Below are positions 8,843 through 18,760 of a stretch of 64,000 bases of DNA, one piece after another. The notes under the pieces are model-generated. The model searched no databases and was not told where the DNA came from. It saw nothing but the letters and a program-made list of their open reading frames with translations. Source of the stretch: Lysobacteraceae bacterium (GTDB lineage: Bacteria > Bdellovibrionota > UBA1018 > JAGTJX01); the NCBI GenBank assembly GCA_023657465.1, contig JAGTJX010000004.1, positions 154,904-218,903 on the forward strand, in the 5' to 3' direction. The position numbers were made by a program, and so were the translations under genes. Each line of letters starts with the position of its first letter. Positions within the stretch are counted from its first letter, which is position 1.

Positions 8843-10711
8843 ATGTGTGGAGTGGTTGGATATGTGGGTCGCAGACCCGTTCTTGATATTCTTGTTAAGG
8901 GACTTAAGCGCCTCGAATACCGAGGATATGATTCCGCCGGAGTGGCTTACTTCGATAGCGACAAGCTCAAAGTAGAGAAGAGCGAAGGTAAACTCGTCAA
9001 TGTAGAGAAGCTACTCGCAGGAATTGCACCCAAGGGTCTTCAGCTTGGGATCGGTCACACCCGTTGGGCTACTCACGGCAAACCCACCACTCAGAATGCT
9101 CATCCTCACCGCACAGGTCACGTCGTTCTCGTTCATAACGGGATCATCGAAAACTATTTGGAAATCAAAGCAGACCTGAAGAAAAAAGGTTACGAGCCCG
9201 CATCAGAAACCGATAGCGAGCTGTTTGGATTCTTGGTTTTAGATAAAATGAAATCAGGCAAGAAACTCGTGGAATCTGTACGCGAGAGCTTCAAGCTCCT
9301 TCATGGATTCTGCAGTGTCGTCGTGATGTCGGAGCAAGAGCCAGGGAAGTTCGTCGCAGTTCGTAACGGCACCCCGCTTGTCGCAGCAGTGGATCCACAA
9401 GGTGGAGCGTTCTTAGCATCTGATGCTCAAGCGCTACTTGAGTACACTAAGGAAATGATTTTCTTAGAGGATGGAGATGTTCTCGTCGGTGATGAGAGCG
9501 GCATTCATATCAGCACGCTTGCTTCTACTAAGGATGCGGGCAGAAAAGCAGTGACTCTGAATTGGTCAGCTGACAAAATGGACAAGCAAGGCTTCGAGCA
9601 CTACATGCTTAAAGAAATCATGGAACAACCCATGACGATGGTCGATACTCTGAACAGTCTCCTCGATCGCGCTCGCACAGATCCGTTTCCACTCGCAGAG
9701 CAACCCGGAGTAGAAGTCCTGAGATCAGCGAAGGAATTCATTCTCGCTGCATGTGGAACATCATGGCATGCAAGCTTACTCGGTAAATATTGGTTGGAGC
9801 GCTGGGGCGGAGTACCTGCGAATATCGAGTACTCTAGCGAACTCAGGTATCGCGATCCTGTGTTGAGAGCGGGAGCTGTACTCATCGGAACTTCTCAATC
9901 GGGAGAGACCGCGGATACTCTTGCCATCATAAAAGAGATGCGTAAGCGCGGAGTGCCTACGGTCTCTATCACTAACGTTCGAGGAAGTACCATTTCTCGT
10001 GAGTCGAATTACGGATTCTTCACTTCAGCAGGACCTGAGTTCAGTGTCGCTGCGACGAAGTCATTCCTGGCTCAAGCGCTCGTGTTCTTCCTCTGGGCAG
10101 GACATTTGGGATTACGAAGATCTAAGGATATCGCAAGCCAAGTCCAAGTCATCTTCGATCAACTGATCAAGCTTCCTCATCTTCTTGAGAGTATGTTGAA
10201 GCCAGATGGCGTGATGGTGCGAGCTTGTGAAGAAGCCGCTAAAAAATTCCAAAACGCTAAAGGTTTCTTCTTCATCGGTCGTGGATATTCTTTCCCGATC
10301 GCTCTTGAGGGTGCATTGAAACTCAAAGAAGTCGCCTACGTGCACTCAGAAGGTTATGCAGCTGGAGAGTTGAAACATGGACCGATTGCGATGATCGATA
10401 AGGAAATGGTGACGATCGTCCTCGTTCCTCAGGATTCTCTCTATGAGAAGACAGTCTCTAATCTCCAAGAACTCAAAGCTCGAGGATCCAAGATCATCGG
10501 TATTGGTAATGCGGGCGATGAGAAAGTGAAGAAGGATTGCGATGTTTGGATTCCAATCCCTGTAAAGAGTGCAGATAAGGACTTCGATGAGTCACTCTAT
10601 CCGTTCTTGCTTGTGCCTGCTGTGCAGCTTTTCAGTTATTACATGGCAAAACTAAAAGGCACTGACGTCGATCAGCCACGCAACTTGGCTAAGAGCGTGA
10701 CTGTCGAATGA
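8843..10711 (+). CDS. glmS: Glutamine-fructose-6-phosphate aminotransferase
   Basis: MCGVVG start, LEYRGYDSAG, GHTRWATHG, ELKHGP, PRNLAKSVTVE. Confidence 0.98.
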   Translation: MCGVVGYVGRRPVLDILVKGLKRLEYRGYDSAGVAYFDSDKLKVEKSEGKLVNVEKLLAGIAPKGLQLGIGHTRWATHGKPTTQNAHPHRTGHVVLVHNGIIENYLEIKADLKKKGYEPASETDSELFGFLVLDKMKSGKKLVESVRESFKLLHGFCSVVVMSEQEPGKFVAVRNGTPLVAAVDPQGGAFLASDAQALLEYTKEMIFLEDGDVLVGDESGIHISTLASTKDAGRKAVTLNWSADKMDKQGFEHYMLKEIMEQPMTMVDTLNSLLDRARTDPFPLAEQPGVEVLRSAKEFILAACGTSWHASLLGKYWLERWGGVPANIEYSSELRYRDPVLRAGAVLIGTSQSGETADTLAIIKEMRKRGVPTVSITNVRGSTISRESNYGFFTSAGPEFSVAATKSFLAQALVFFLWAGHLGLRRSKDIASQVQVIFDQLIKLPHLLESMLKPDGVMVRACEEAAKKFQNAKGFFFIGRGYSFPIALEGALKLKEVAYVHSEGYAAGELKHGPIAMIDKEMVTIVLVPQDSLYEKTVSNLQELKARGSKIIGIGNAGDEKVKKDCDVWIPIPVKSADKDFDESLYPFLLVPAVQLFSYYMAKLKGTDVDQPRNLAKSVTVE

Positions 10712-12387
10712 TGCCCAATACGCGCGCAATGCTCATTGGTGTAGTTGCGGGATTGATCTCGGCACTCATCCGTGGGTTTTGGTTTAAGAGTGGATTGAAT
10801 TGGATTGCATTTCCGATTGTGATCTTGGCTCTTGCAGTATTCTTGGCTCTCTTCGAGCAGATTGCTAAACGTTTCAAATGGCAACCTAAGCGGGCGGGAC
10901 TCGTCACTGGGACTTCAGAGATTCTCGCACACGTGCATCTTCCGCCTGAGAAAACTTTCTCAGAACATAGTTTCTGGAGAGGGATGGAATCTGTTTTGCT
11001 TTCAATGTTTGGAGGACGAGTAGGAGTAGAGGGAGCGGCGACTTCGTTTGCTTATGCCTTCGCTCTTAAGTCGAGAACGAACTCAGCTCAGTGGTTTGAA
11101 CAGCAACGCAGAACGGACGCGGCCTCAGCACTAGCAGCTGGAATTGCTTGTATGTTTGGATCTCCGTTTGCTGCGATCATTCTGCCTCTTGAGCTTAATC
11201 TTGGCGGACGCACACTCTCTGTAGCGTTCAGTGCGGCAGCAGCCGTAGCGACGACTCAGCTTTTCGTTACTCTAGGTTTTACTGAAGCGCTCACGCCTAC
11301 GACTCTTTTTTTAGAGTTTGGAGTTACTCTTGAGCAGAGTTTAAGACTCATTTTCTTCACTCTATCTATCGGTCTTCTTTTTGGGTTTCTGTCCGTATAC
11401 TTCTTAGTTCTTACGAATAGTGGCCGTGAAGGCTGGAACCATTACAGACATAAGCTCTGGTTTTTACCTGCTTCAGTTGGTTGCCTCATACTTTTTGCGA
11501 TACTCGTAGCTTACCCAGAAGGTTTTGGACTGCCTAATGCACTTCTCGAGGGGCTACTTAATCTCAAAGACTCACCCACAGAAATGGCGCTTACCGGACT
11601 TACTCAAATCCTCTCTGCACTCGTTGGAGTGAACTTCTTCGGTACAGTGGGTGTATTCACTCCGATCTTCGTTTCTGGTGCAGGATTTGCTGCGGCACTA
11701 GGGACAATATTTTTTGGAGCATATAGTTTGCCAGCACTCTTAGGTGGTTCTGCTCTTCTCTCTGGGATTTTCAATACACCTCTGACTGCTGCTTTTCTCG
11801 CTTATGAATTATCAGGCAACTGGACAGTGCTTCTTCCTTGCTTCATTGCTGCGTGGGTTTCACGCGAAGTCGTAGTGCGATTCAGAGGGCGAGGATTGGT
11901 CGATGAAGAATTACAGTTTCTCGGTGTAGAGCTTCTTTCAGGTAGGCAGAGATCTATCTTGAAGAGTCTAAAAGTTTCATCGGCAATGGTCACTGACTTC
12001 GATGTTGTCACTCATAACGAATCGCTCACTGAGCTTCATCATCGTATGGAGAAATCTAAGTATCCGTTCCTTCCAGTGATTGGGCAGAACAATAAGTACA
12101 TGGGGATTTTGACTGCAGATATTGTTGAGTACGCTATGAGTGACAAGACTTCTCAGTCGCTCAATCTCGATGCAAAAGATCTTCTTTTCCGCTCTGGTTC
12201 TAGACCTAAATCGATTCAAGTCGATGATCATCTGGATATTGCGTCTGAGTGGTTTGAAGAGACTCCTCTCATTCCGGTTCTTGCTGAGGGAGATAAAATT
12301 GTAGGACTGCTCTTCGTTCACAATGTCCGTATTGCTTATGACCGTGAAGTGGCTAATCGATTCCTTCTCAAACGAAAACAGGATTAA
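10708..12387 (+). CDS. Divergent CLC chloride channel family protein with C-terminal CBS pair
   Basis: GGRVGVEGA, FGSPFAA, GVFTP, NTPLTA membrane motifs, then CBS-like VSSAMVTD and LPVI. Confidence 0.8.
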   Translation: MMPNTRAMLIGVVAGLISALIRGFWFKSGLNWIAFPIVILALAVFLALFEQIAKRFKWQPKRAGLVTGTSEILAHVHLPPEKTFSEHSFWRGMESVLLSMFGGRVGVEGAATSFAYAFALKSRTNSAQWFEQQRRTDAASALAAGIACMFGSPFAAIILPLELNLGGRTLSVAFSAAAAVATTQLFVTLGFTEALTPTTLFLEFGVTLEQSLRLIFFTLSIGLLFGFLSVYFLVLTNSGREGWNHYRHKLWFLPASVGCLILFAILVAYPEGFGLPNALLEGLLNLKDSPTEMALTGLTQILSALVGVNFFGTVGVFTPIFVSGAGFAAALGTIFFGAYSLPALLGGSALLSGIFNTPLTAAFLAYELSGNWTVLLPCFIAAWVSREVVVRFRGRGLVDEELQFLGVELLSGRQRSILKSLKVSSAMVTDFDVVTHNESLTELHHRMEKSKYPFLPVIGQNNKYMGILTADIVEYAMSDKTSQSLNLDAKDLLFRSGSRPKSIQVDDHLDIASEWFEETPLIPVLAEGDKIVGLLFVHNVRIAYDREVANRFLLKRKQD

Positions 12388-14622
12388 ATGTTAGATTTAT
12401 TAAACCCAGCACAGAAACAGGCTGCTCTGACAACAGAGGGGCCGCTCCTCGTTCTTGCTGGTGCGGGCTCAGGCAAGACTAAGATGCTCACCTCCAGGAT
12501 TGCTCATCTCATGGAATCGGGCCTTGCTAAGCCTCATGAGATTTTAGCAGTCACATTCACAAACAAAGCAGCAGGTGAAATGCGCGAGCGGGTAGAGCGC
12601 TCGATGGAGAAGTCTCAGACTCCGGTTTATGGAATTCCTGAGATTGGAACCTTTCACGCAGTCTGTGGGAGAATTTTAAGACGTGAGGCAGGATTGCTAC
12701 CGTTTACTAAACCTTATGTGATCTACGATGATTCGGATCAACTCAGTGTGATTAAGTCTGTACTGAAGAAGCTCAATATTGATGACAAGGTAATGTCCGC
12801 TAAATCTTTCCAATATGCTATTGATCGAGCGAAGTGCGATGCAGTTGAGCCAGAGGATATGCAAGCGCCTGGATTCTCTCCATTCGAGCGAGTACTGAAG
12901 GATGTCTATCGTCAGTACAAGGAAGACATGATCGGGAATAACGCGATGGACTTCGGAGAGATCCTCTGTGCAACTTACCGAATCCTGCGCGATCATCCAG
13001 AAGTCCGCGCTCGTTATCAGAAGCGGTTCAAATACATCCATGTCGATGAGTATCAAGACACGAACCGAGTTCAGTATTTGATTTTGAATCTCCTGGCGCA
13101 TCCTTCTCAAGGAGGGCATGGGAATATCTGTGTCGTAGGAGACGAAGATCAGTCCATCTACAAGTGGCGTGGAGCGGATATTAAGAATATTTTGGATTTT
13201 GAAAAAGATTATTTTAATGCTCAAGTCGTGAAACTCGAGCAGAATTATCGATCGACTAAGACCATCATCAGTGCAGCTTCTGATCTCATTGGGCACAATA
13301 CCCAGAGGAAGAATAAGAAACTCTGGACAGACAATGAAGATGGCTCACCGATTGTTCAACTGCAAGTCGCAGATGAGAGAGAAGAAGCCGATGTTGTCGT
13401 AAAAGAGCTCGCACGACTTGCTCGAGATGAGAATCGCTCGATGGATGAGTTTGCGATCTTCTATCGCACGCATGCTCAATCACGACAATTCGAAGATTTT
13501 CTCAGACGAGATAAAATCCCTTATCAGGTTTTAGGTGGTCTTAGATTCTACGACCGAAAAGAGATCAAAGACATTCTCTGTTATTTGAGGCTCATCATCA
13601 ATCCACTAGATAGCGTGAGTGTGAAGCGTGTGATCAATACCCCCGCTCGTGGAATTGGTAAGACGACTGTCGATAAACTCGAAGCACTAGGCAATGGCAA
13701 CCTCTGGTTGGGATTAGAAGCTGTGATGGGAGATCCGTCCCACTTTCCTGCCAAGACGTCGAAGAAGCTCACAGATTTTGCTCAGATGATTCTAGGTTGG
13801 ATCCATGTATCAGCATCCATAAAGGTATCTGAGATGTATCACCGAGTTTTGGATGACATTCAGTACGTAAAAGCTCTCAAAGACGAAGGTACCGAAGAAG
13901 CTGATGCTCGTATCGACAACTTAGAAGAGTTCGATACGCTGGTTGCTGAGTTCGAAGAAGAAGTGTTCAGTGAAGAAGAGAAGCTTGAAGCAGGACAAGC
14001 GCTTGTGCAGTTCTTAGAGCGCACCACGCTCGCATCGGTGACTGATGATGAAGGTAAGATGGTTTCTACAGTGAAGCTCATGAGTCTACATTCATCAAAA
14101 GGCCTTGAATATCCTGTCGTCTTCTTAGTGGGGATGGAAGAAGGCTTGTTTCCATCGATTCGTGAGGGTCAAGAGAAGGATCCAGAAGAACTCGAGGAAG
14201 AGCGCAGGCTTTGTTATGTGGGAATGACTCGTGCACGTGAACGACTCTATCTCAGTCACGCCAATATACGTAGGCAATGGGGTCAGTTTAGTTATCAGTA
14301 TCCATCGCGGTTCTTAGAAGAGATTCCACAGTCTTTCAGGATCATGAGAGATTTCGCTGGTTCAAGGAAGACGGAATCATCCTCTTACACATCATCTTAT
14401 TCGTCTCAAGGTTACCAGGCTCCTAAACTCAGCGTTGTTCCTACTTATGAATCGAGCGACTCCAAGTTTATTGGCAAGCGATTCGATCACCCGGATTACG
14501 GCTATGGAAAAATTGTCAGTAGCGAAGGAAGTGGAGATACGCAGAAGGTGATGGTCGAGTTTAAGGATCAATCTAAGCGCAAGTTTCTTTTCCGCTATGT
14601 GAAGAGTTTCTTAGAAGATTGA
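12388..14622 (+). CDS. uvrD: ATP-dependent DNA helicase UvrD/PcrA
   Basis: AGAGSGKT, VDEYQDTN, VGDEDQSIY, LEQNYRST, KGLEY, EERRLCYVGMTRA. Confidence 0.95.
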   Translation: MLDLLNPAQKQAALTTEGPLLVLAGAGSGKTKMLTSRIAHLMESGLAKPHEILAVTFTNKAAGEMRERVERSMEKSQTPVYGIPEIGTFHAVCGRILRREAGLLPFTKPYVIYDDSDQLSVIKSVLKKLNIDDKVMSAKSFQYAIDRAKCDAVEPEDMQAPGFSPFERVLKDVYRQYKEDMIGNNAMDFGEILCATYRILRDHPEVRARYQKRFKYIHVDEYQDTNRVQYLILNLLAHPSQGGHGNICVVGDEDQSIYKWRGADIKNILDFEKDYFNAQVVKLEQNYRSTKTIISAASDLIGHNTQRKNKKLWTDNEDGSPIVQLQVADEREEADVVVKELARLARDENRSMDEFAIFYRTHAQSRQFEDFLRRDKIPYQVLGGLRFYDRKEIKDILCYLRLIINPLDSVSVKRVINTPARGIGKTTVDKLEALGNGNLWLGLEAVMGDPSHFPAKTSKKLTDFAQMILGWIHVSASIKVSEMYHRVLDDIQYVKALKDEGTEEADARIDNLEEFDTLVAEFEEEVFSEEEKLEAGQALVQFLERTTLASVTDDEGKMVSTVKLMSLHSSKGLEYPVVFLVGMEEGLFPSIREGQEKDPEELEEERRLCYVGMTRARERLYLSHANIRRQWGQFSYQYPSRFLEEIPQSFRIMRDFAGSRKTESSSYTSSYSSQGYQAPKLSVVPTYESSDSKFIGKRFDHPDYGYGKIVSSEGSGDTQKVMVEFKDQSKRKFLFRYVKSFLED

Positions 14623-14623
14623 A

Positions 14624-15526
14624 ATGAATAAATGGATCTTACTCATGGGAGCGTTCATGGTGATGAAGTTAGCACATGCTAAAGTAGTATTACCTTTTAC
14701 AGCCGCAAGCGGTGTGGTGGAGATGAATGGAAAATACTTGCTCATCTCAGACACGGATGCTGTGCTTTATGAAGTAGATAAAGCGGGCAAACTAGTCAAT
14801 GCATATACTGTACCCTGGGAAGAGTTATCCGATGATCCGGTCACGAGGAAGAAGAAGAAACCAGATTTTGAATCACTGACTTTTTTACCTAAGCATGATG
14901 GAGTAGGGTTTCAGGGATTACTCTTACTGCCATCATTCTCTAAGCCGAATAGAGTGCGCGCTGCTTATTTTAAGATCAATAAGTCTTCAGAAATCGTTAC
15001 ACCTCCAGAGATGATTGACCTCACTGAGCTAGAACCTAAGCTGAAGATGCATGCAGCCGAACTCAACATCGAAGGAGTTTCATTCGTAGGGAAGAAGTTG
15101 AGCTTATTCCAAAGGGGCAATGGGAAGAATAACTTCAATGGCGTTTTTGAAATCACTGTGTCTGCAGGAGATCTAATCACAGGTTCAAAGATCGGTAAGT
15201 GGCCAGTTAAATTTAAGAAAATCAAATTAGAAAAAGGATTCAGTATTACCGATGCATTGGATCTAGGATCAGTAGGTATTGTGCTTTCAGCTTGTATCGA
15301 AGAAACCGAAAATACCTATGATGACGGGAAGATCTTGGGATCTGGATTGTTTCTGTACAAGAATGGAAAAACAAAGAAACTGAAGCAGTTCGATGGTGAT
15401 CTGAAGATCGAAGGTGTTACGGGTACATACAATAAGAAAGCAAAGAAACTCAGTCTTGTGATGGTCGATGATCCAGATGATCATAGGAAGAAGAGTTTCT
15501 TTTTAGAAATGGAGATAGCACTATGA
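14624..15526 (+). CDS. Exported hypothetical protein, DUF6929-like
   Basis: Signal peptide; ASG, KPDFES, LNIEG, YDDG, KIEG motifs recalled from this family. Confidence 0.55.
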   Translation: MNKWILLMGAFMVMKLAHAKVVLPFTAASGVVEMNGKYLLISDTDAVLYEVDKAGKLVNAYTVPWEELSDDPVTRKKKKPDFESLTFLPKHDGVGFQGLLLLPSFSKPNRVRAAYFKINKSSEIVTPPEMIDLTELEPKLKMHAAELNIEGVSFVGKKLSLFQRGNGKNNFNGVFEITVSAGDLITGSKIGKWPVKFKKIKLEKGFSITDALDLGSVGIVLSACIEETENTYDDGKILGSGLFLYKNGKTKKLKQFDGDLKIEGVTGTYNKKAKKLSLVMVDDPDDHRKKSFFLEMEIAL

Positions 15527-16509
15527 AGTCGATTCTTTCAGTTTTAATTCTGATTTTTGGGACACACCAAGTTCATTCACATCCGAAACACTCCAAGTAT
15601 CCTACGGACTGGAGAACAGATGAAGATGCTTATGAGTCGTATAGACCCAAAGGCAAAAGAACCTATAGCCATCAGCCTAAGAGCAGAATTCTAAAAGTTT
15701 ATGACTCTGTGTTTTTAAAAACAAAACTCTCAGAGTTCTCTGGTGCACTCCCGGTCAAAATCAATGGCAAAGAAGAGTACATTAAAGAGCGTGAGAGTCA
15801 GGCAGGGAAGAAGTTAGCCCGTGCGTATCTGAGAGATACTCTTGAAGGTTTTGGATACAAAGTGAGAGAGCAGGCTTATTCAAGCAAAGGAACAAACTTA
15901 ATCGCCGATAAAGAAGGCGATAACCCAGACCAAGTAGTCATCGTTTCAGCGCACATGGATAGCGTTGGAAATGCTGGAGCAGATGACGATGGATCAGGTG
16001 TGATCTCTGCAGTCTCAATCATGGGTGCACTTGCGAAAGAAAAACTTAAGTACTCGTTACGTTTTGTAGCGTTTGATGAAGAAGAGATGGGACTTGTAGG
16101 TTCTAGGGCATATGCAAAAAGCTTAGATACAAATAAGGAAGAGGTCATCGGCGTTTTTAATCTAGAGATGACTGCTTTCAATAAACGCAAAGACGGCGCG
16201 TTTCACGTGATTGACTGCGACCGTGATGACTCAGTATCGCTGACCAAGTCCATCGTGAGAGCGGTGAAAGATATTAAACTTCCACTCGTGAGAACGGAAG
16301 CCTGTACCGATCGTAGCGATCACGCTTCATTTTGGGATATTGAAGTGCCTGCTGTAGTCATCAGCCAAAACTTCTTCGGAGGAGATTCGAACCCTTGTTA
16401 TCACCGTGCTTGTGACAAAGTGAGCGACCAGCTCAATTTCGAGTACATGTCGAATATTACAGAGGCTGTGGGTTTGTCAGTAAAACGTGCTGTAATGGGT
16501 ACCCAATAG
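15523..16509 (+). CDS. Exported M28 family metallopeptidase
   Basis: Signal peptide; AHMDS, GADDDGSG, EEMGLVGS, SDHASF, YH. Confidence 0.9.
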   Translation: MKSILSVLILIFGTHQVHSHPKHSKYPTDWRTDEDAYESYRPKGKRTYSHQPKSRILKVYDSVFLKTKLSEFSGALPVKINGKEEYIKERESQAGKKLARAYLRDTLEGFGYKVREQAYSSKGTNLIADKEGDNPDQVVIVSAHMDSVGNAGADDDGSGVISAVSIMGALAKEKLKYSLRFVAFDEEEMGLVGSRAYAKSLDTNKEEVIGVFNLEMTAFNKRKDGAFHVIDCDRDDSVSLTKSIVRAVKDIKLPLVRTEACTDRSDHASFWDIEVPAVVISQNFFGGDSNPCYHRACDKVSDQLNFEYMSNITEAVGLSVKRAVMGTQ

Positions 16510-16514
16510 AGGGT

Positions 16515-16555
16515 TTGACAACATATAATATATTAGGCATAATATATTATATGTT
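16515..16555 (+). promoter_or_regulatory. Sigma70-type leaderless promoter with perfect 16-bp inverted repeat (putative operator)
   Basis: TTGACA 16515-20, 17 nt, CATAAT 16538-43, ATG 16551; arms AACATATAATATATTA (16520-35) and TAATATATTATATGTT (16540-55). Confidence 0.8.
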
Positions 16556-17054
16556 TGGAGCTCAAATTCGAGAGCAGAGAAAATCGATGAAATTGAGCCA
16601 GAGTGCTCTCTCAAGCCTCTCAGGAGTGAGTGTGCCAATGATCCAGCTCATAGAGTCTGAGAAGGGGAACCCTTCGATCAAGACATTGGTCATGATCTTA
16701 GATTCTCTCCACATGAAGTTAGTATGTAAGGAAGAAAAATTTAATTGGGATCGGTTTGCTAGGCATACAGCTCTACTTTATGAGCAAGGGACAGTCGAGA
16801 GAGCTTTCTGTACTGAGCAAACCCTAGTGAGTTGCCTCATTGCCGCAGGTGAAACCCTTGCTAAAGAAAAAGACCAGAGGAAGAAAGAAGCCTTGGAAAG
16901 TACCCTCTTGGCTCTTGAGTTGTACTACCCTGATTTCTATAGGCAGCTACTAGTTGAATCTTCAGCTTTAAAAAAACTATGTGCTTTCTCGATTTCTGGT
17001 CGACATATCAAGTTGAAGCGAATCGCTTTAGAGAGACTGAAGGACTACCTCTAG
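16551..17054 (+). CDS. XRE-family HTH protein, putative antitoxin/regulator
   Basis: IREQRKSMKLSQSALSSLSGVS...IESEKGNPSIKTL; start moved to ATG 16551 because the track's TTG is the -35 box. Confidence 0.8.
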   Translation: MFGAQIREQRKSMKLSQSALSSLSGVSVPMIQLIESEKGNPSIKTLVMILDSLHMKLVCKEEKFNWDRFARHTALLYEQGTVERAFCTEQTLVSCLIAAGETLAKEKDQRKKEALESTLLALELYYPDFYRQLLVESSALKKLCAFSISGRHIKLKRIALERLKDYL

Positions 17055-17549
17055 ATGAAGACACTGAATGCAAAACTACTAGAGCAGTTTTTAAACCTAG
17101 TCATTAAAAAGCTTGAAGGTGAGTGGGTGCTACTAGGTGGCACTCTTATTCCCGCATTAGGGATCGAATATAGACAGACAGTCGATATTGATTTTGTACC
17201 TGCAGGAGAGATGACCAATAAAACATCATTGGAACTCATGGGCTTGGCAGAGAAGCTGGGAATTGCCGTTGAGTCGATCAATGCATCGGCGGGATTCTTC
17301 TTAAAGAAGATTCCAGATTTCTCTGAGCGTTTAGTCAGCCTGAAGAAGTCCAAGAGTTGCACAATCTACCGACCTACTTTGGATCTCTACCTTGAATTGA
17401 AACTCAATCGCGCTTCTCCCACGGATCTCACGGACTGCATACAATTAATCCAATATTGTAAGAAAATGAAACTAGCTGAAGAGTTAAAGTCTGGGAGCAA
17501 GTTTTTAGAGAAAAAAGACCGTAGAGATATTTTGAGATACTTTGGATAA
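17055..17549 (+). CDS. Nucleotidyltransferase, DUF6036/AbiEii-like putative toxin
   Basis: LLGG...RQTVDIDF pol-beta-fold motif; ATG abuts the upstream stop. Confidence 0.7.
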   Translation: MKTLNAKLLEQFLNLVIKKLEGEWVLLGGTLIPALGIEYRQTVDIDFVPAGEMTNKTSLELMGLAEKLGIAVESINASAGFFLKKIPDFSERLVSLKKSKSCTIYRPTLDLYLELKLNRASPTDLTDCIQLIQYCKKMKLAEELKSGSKFLEKKDRRDILRYFG

Positions 17550-17552
17550 TCC

Positions 17553-17623
17553 CTACCGGATTAAATGGACAATACTGAATAGAGTGATGGCAGCGTAGTA
17601 GTGAGTGTTCTTTCATAGAAATG
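17553..17623 (+). repeat. Dispersed repeat fragment A (core)
   Basis: CTACCGGATTAAATGGA ... TTCTTTCATAGAAATG; matches 18624, 55713 and 57491. Confidence 0.85.
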
Positions 17624-17783
17624 TAAGTCCGTCTCTGACGGTTTTTCACATCGTCTCAGTGATTGCGCTTGCGTATTGCCTCAAAAGTAAGTGTTACTTA
17701 TGAGCAGTAGGTCAACAGGAGTGAGAGTTAATGTAACTTAATTTAATTTAAAACACTGACAGCAAGAAACAATGTTAAAAAAT

Positions 17784-18533
17784 TCATCGTTTGATTTGCG
17801 ATACAACAATGTACCCTCGCGCTTTTGAAACACCCTTGTCTTGTGTATTCATTCCCTTAAAAAAGGTTTCGGTAGAAACCCAATAGGGTGTGTACCACTC
17901 GCGATCAACGTCTAAAACTAGTACTTTTTGTGAAGTTTTGTCATAAGCAGCGATCGGAGAAATATGACCCGCGGGTTCCGATTCCCCAGTAAAAACGGCT
18001 TGATCAAAATTAGCAATAATAAAGTCTTGATCTGTTTTCTCGTTCTCAGTGAAGTCACTTAGATAACCGTTTATAGCGCCTTTTTCTAGTGAATCGACGT
18101 GTATAACTTTAACTTGGTATTGATCTGGGAAATAAATATTGAGTGCTTTTTTTAAAACTTCTGAAAATCGATCCATTGAAAAGCATTTGTGATCTTTCAT
18201 GGCTTGGATCCATTCAGGGTCATTAACTTTTGCAACGATATCGGCTTGTGTAATGTTTTTTGTTTCAGAATCTAAGTCTTGCTTATTTTTAAGGGCATTG
18301 AAGATCGCCGCCATAGAGGCCGTTTGACACATGTTTTCTCCCTGCGGAACATAATGAAAAATCATAGCCCAAAAATCAGGAGCATGATTTTTTTGCAAAT
18401 ACTTATGATCGTCAATGGCTCTTAGAGTTTCAGGTGCGTATTTAGATTTAGAAAAAGCTTGGGGAGCAAGAGTGAAAGCTATTATTAGTAATGGACTAAA
18501 AAAAACGCTTGTTTGTTTTGATACGTATTTCAT
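17784..18533 (-). CDS. Exported phytochelatin synthase-like papain-fold protein
   Basis: Q-x4-CQTAS, GHISPIAAYD, VLVLDV..YTPYWV give a Cys-His-Asp triad; N-terminal signal peptide. Confidence 0.85.
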   Translation of the reverse strand: MKYVSKQTSVFFSPLLIIAFTLAPQAFSKSKYAPETLRAIDDHKYLQKNHAPDFWAMIFHYVPQGENMCQTASMAAIFNALKNKQDLDSETKNITQADIVAKVNDPEWIQAMKDHKCFSMDRFSEVLKKALNIYFPDQYQVKVIHVDSLEKGAINGYLSDFTENEKTDQDFIIANFDQAVFTGESEPAGHISPIAAYDKTSQKVLVLDVDREWYTPYWVSTETFFKGMNTQDKGVSKARGYIVVSQIKR

Positions 18534-18571
18534 AGCTGTAAATTTTACTCATATTTCTTGGCATTGCAATA

Positions 18572-18709
18572 CCAATACTCCCAATAAGCGGTTTAGTAAG
18601 TTTGGCGTCTTTTAAAACCCAGTCTACCGGATTAAATGGAAAATACTTCATAGAGGTTGGGTGGTTGAATTTGGAGCGTTAATCCATAGAAATGGAAGCG
18701 CCCGAAAGT
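18572..18709 (+). repeat. Dispersed repeat fragment B (left arm + core + right arm)
   Basis: CCAATACTCCCAATAAGCGGTTTAG..TTTGGCG..AGTCTACCGGATTAAATGGA..CATAGAAATGGAAGCGCCCGAAAGT. Confidence 0.85.
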
Positions 18710-18760
18710 TATTTACCTTCAGGCGTTCGTGATTTTTTCATTAATATGAGCAGTTGGTGC

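Noticed and set aside
17553..18709. CRISPR array or integron attC interpretation of the repeats
   Set aside because: Copies are degenerate and kilobases apart, with no cas or intI gene and no consistent RYYYAAC...GTTRRRY hairpin
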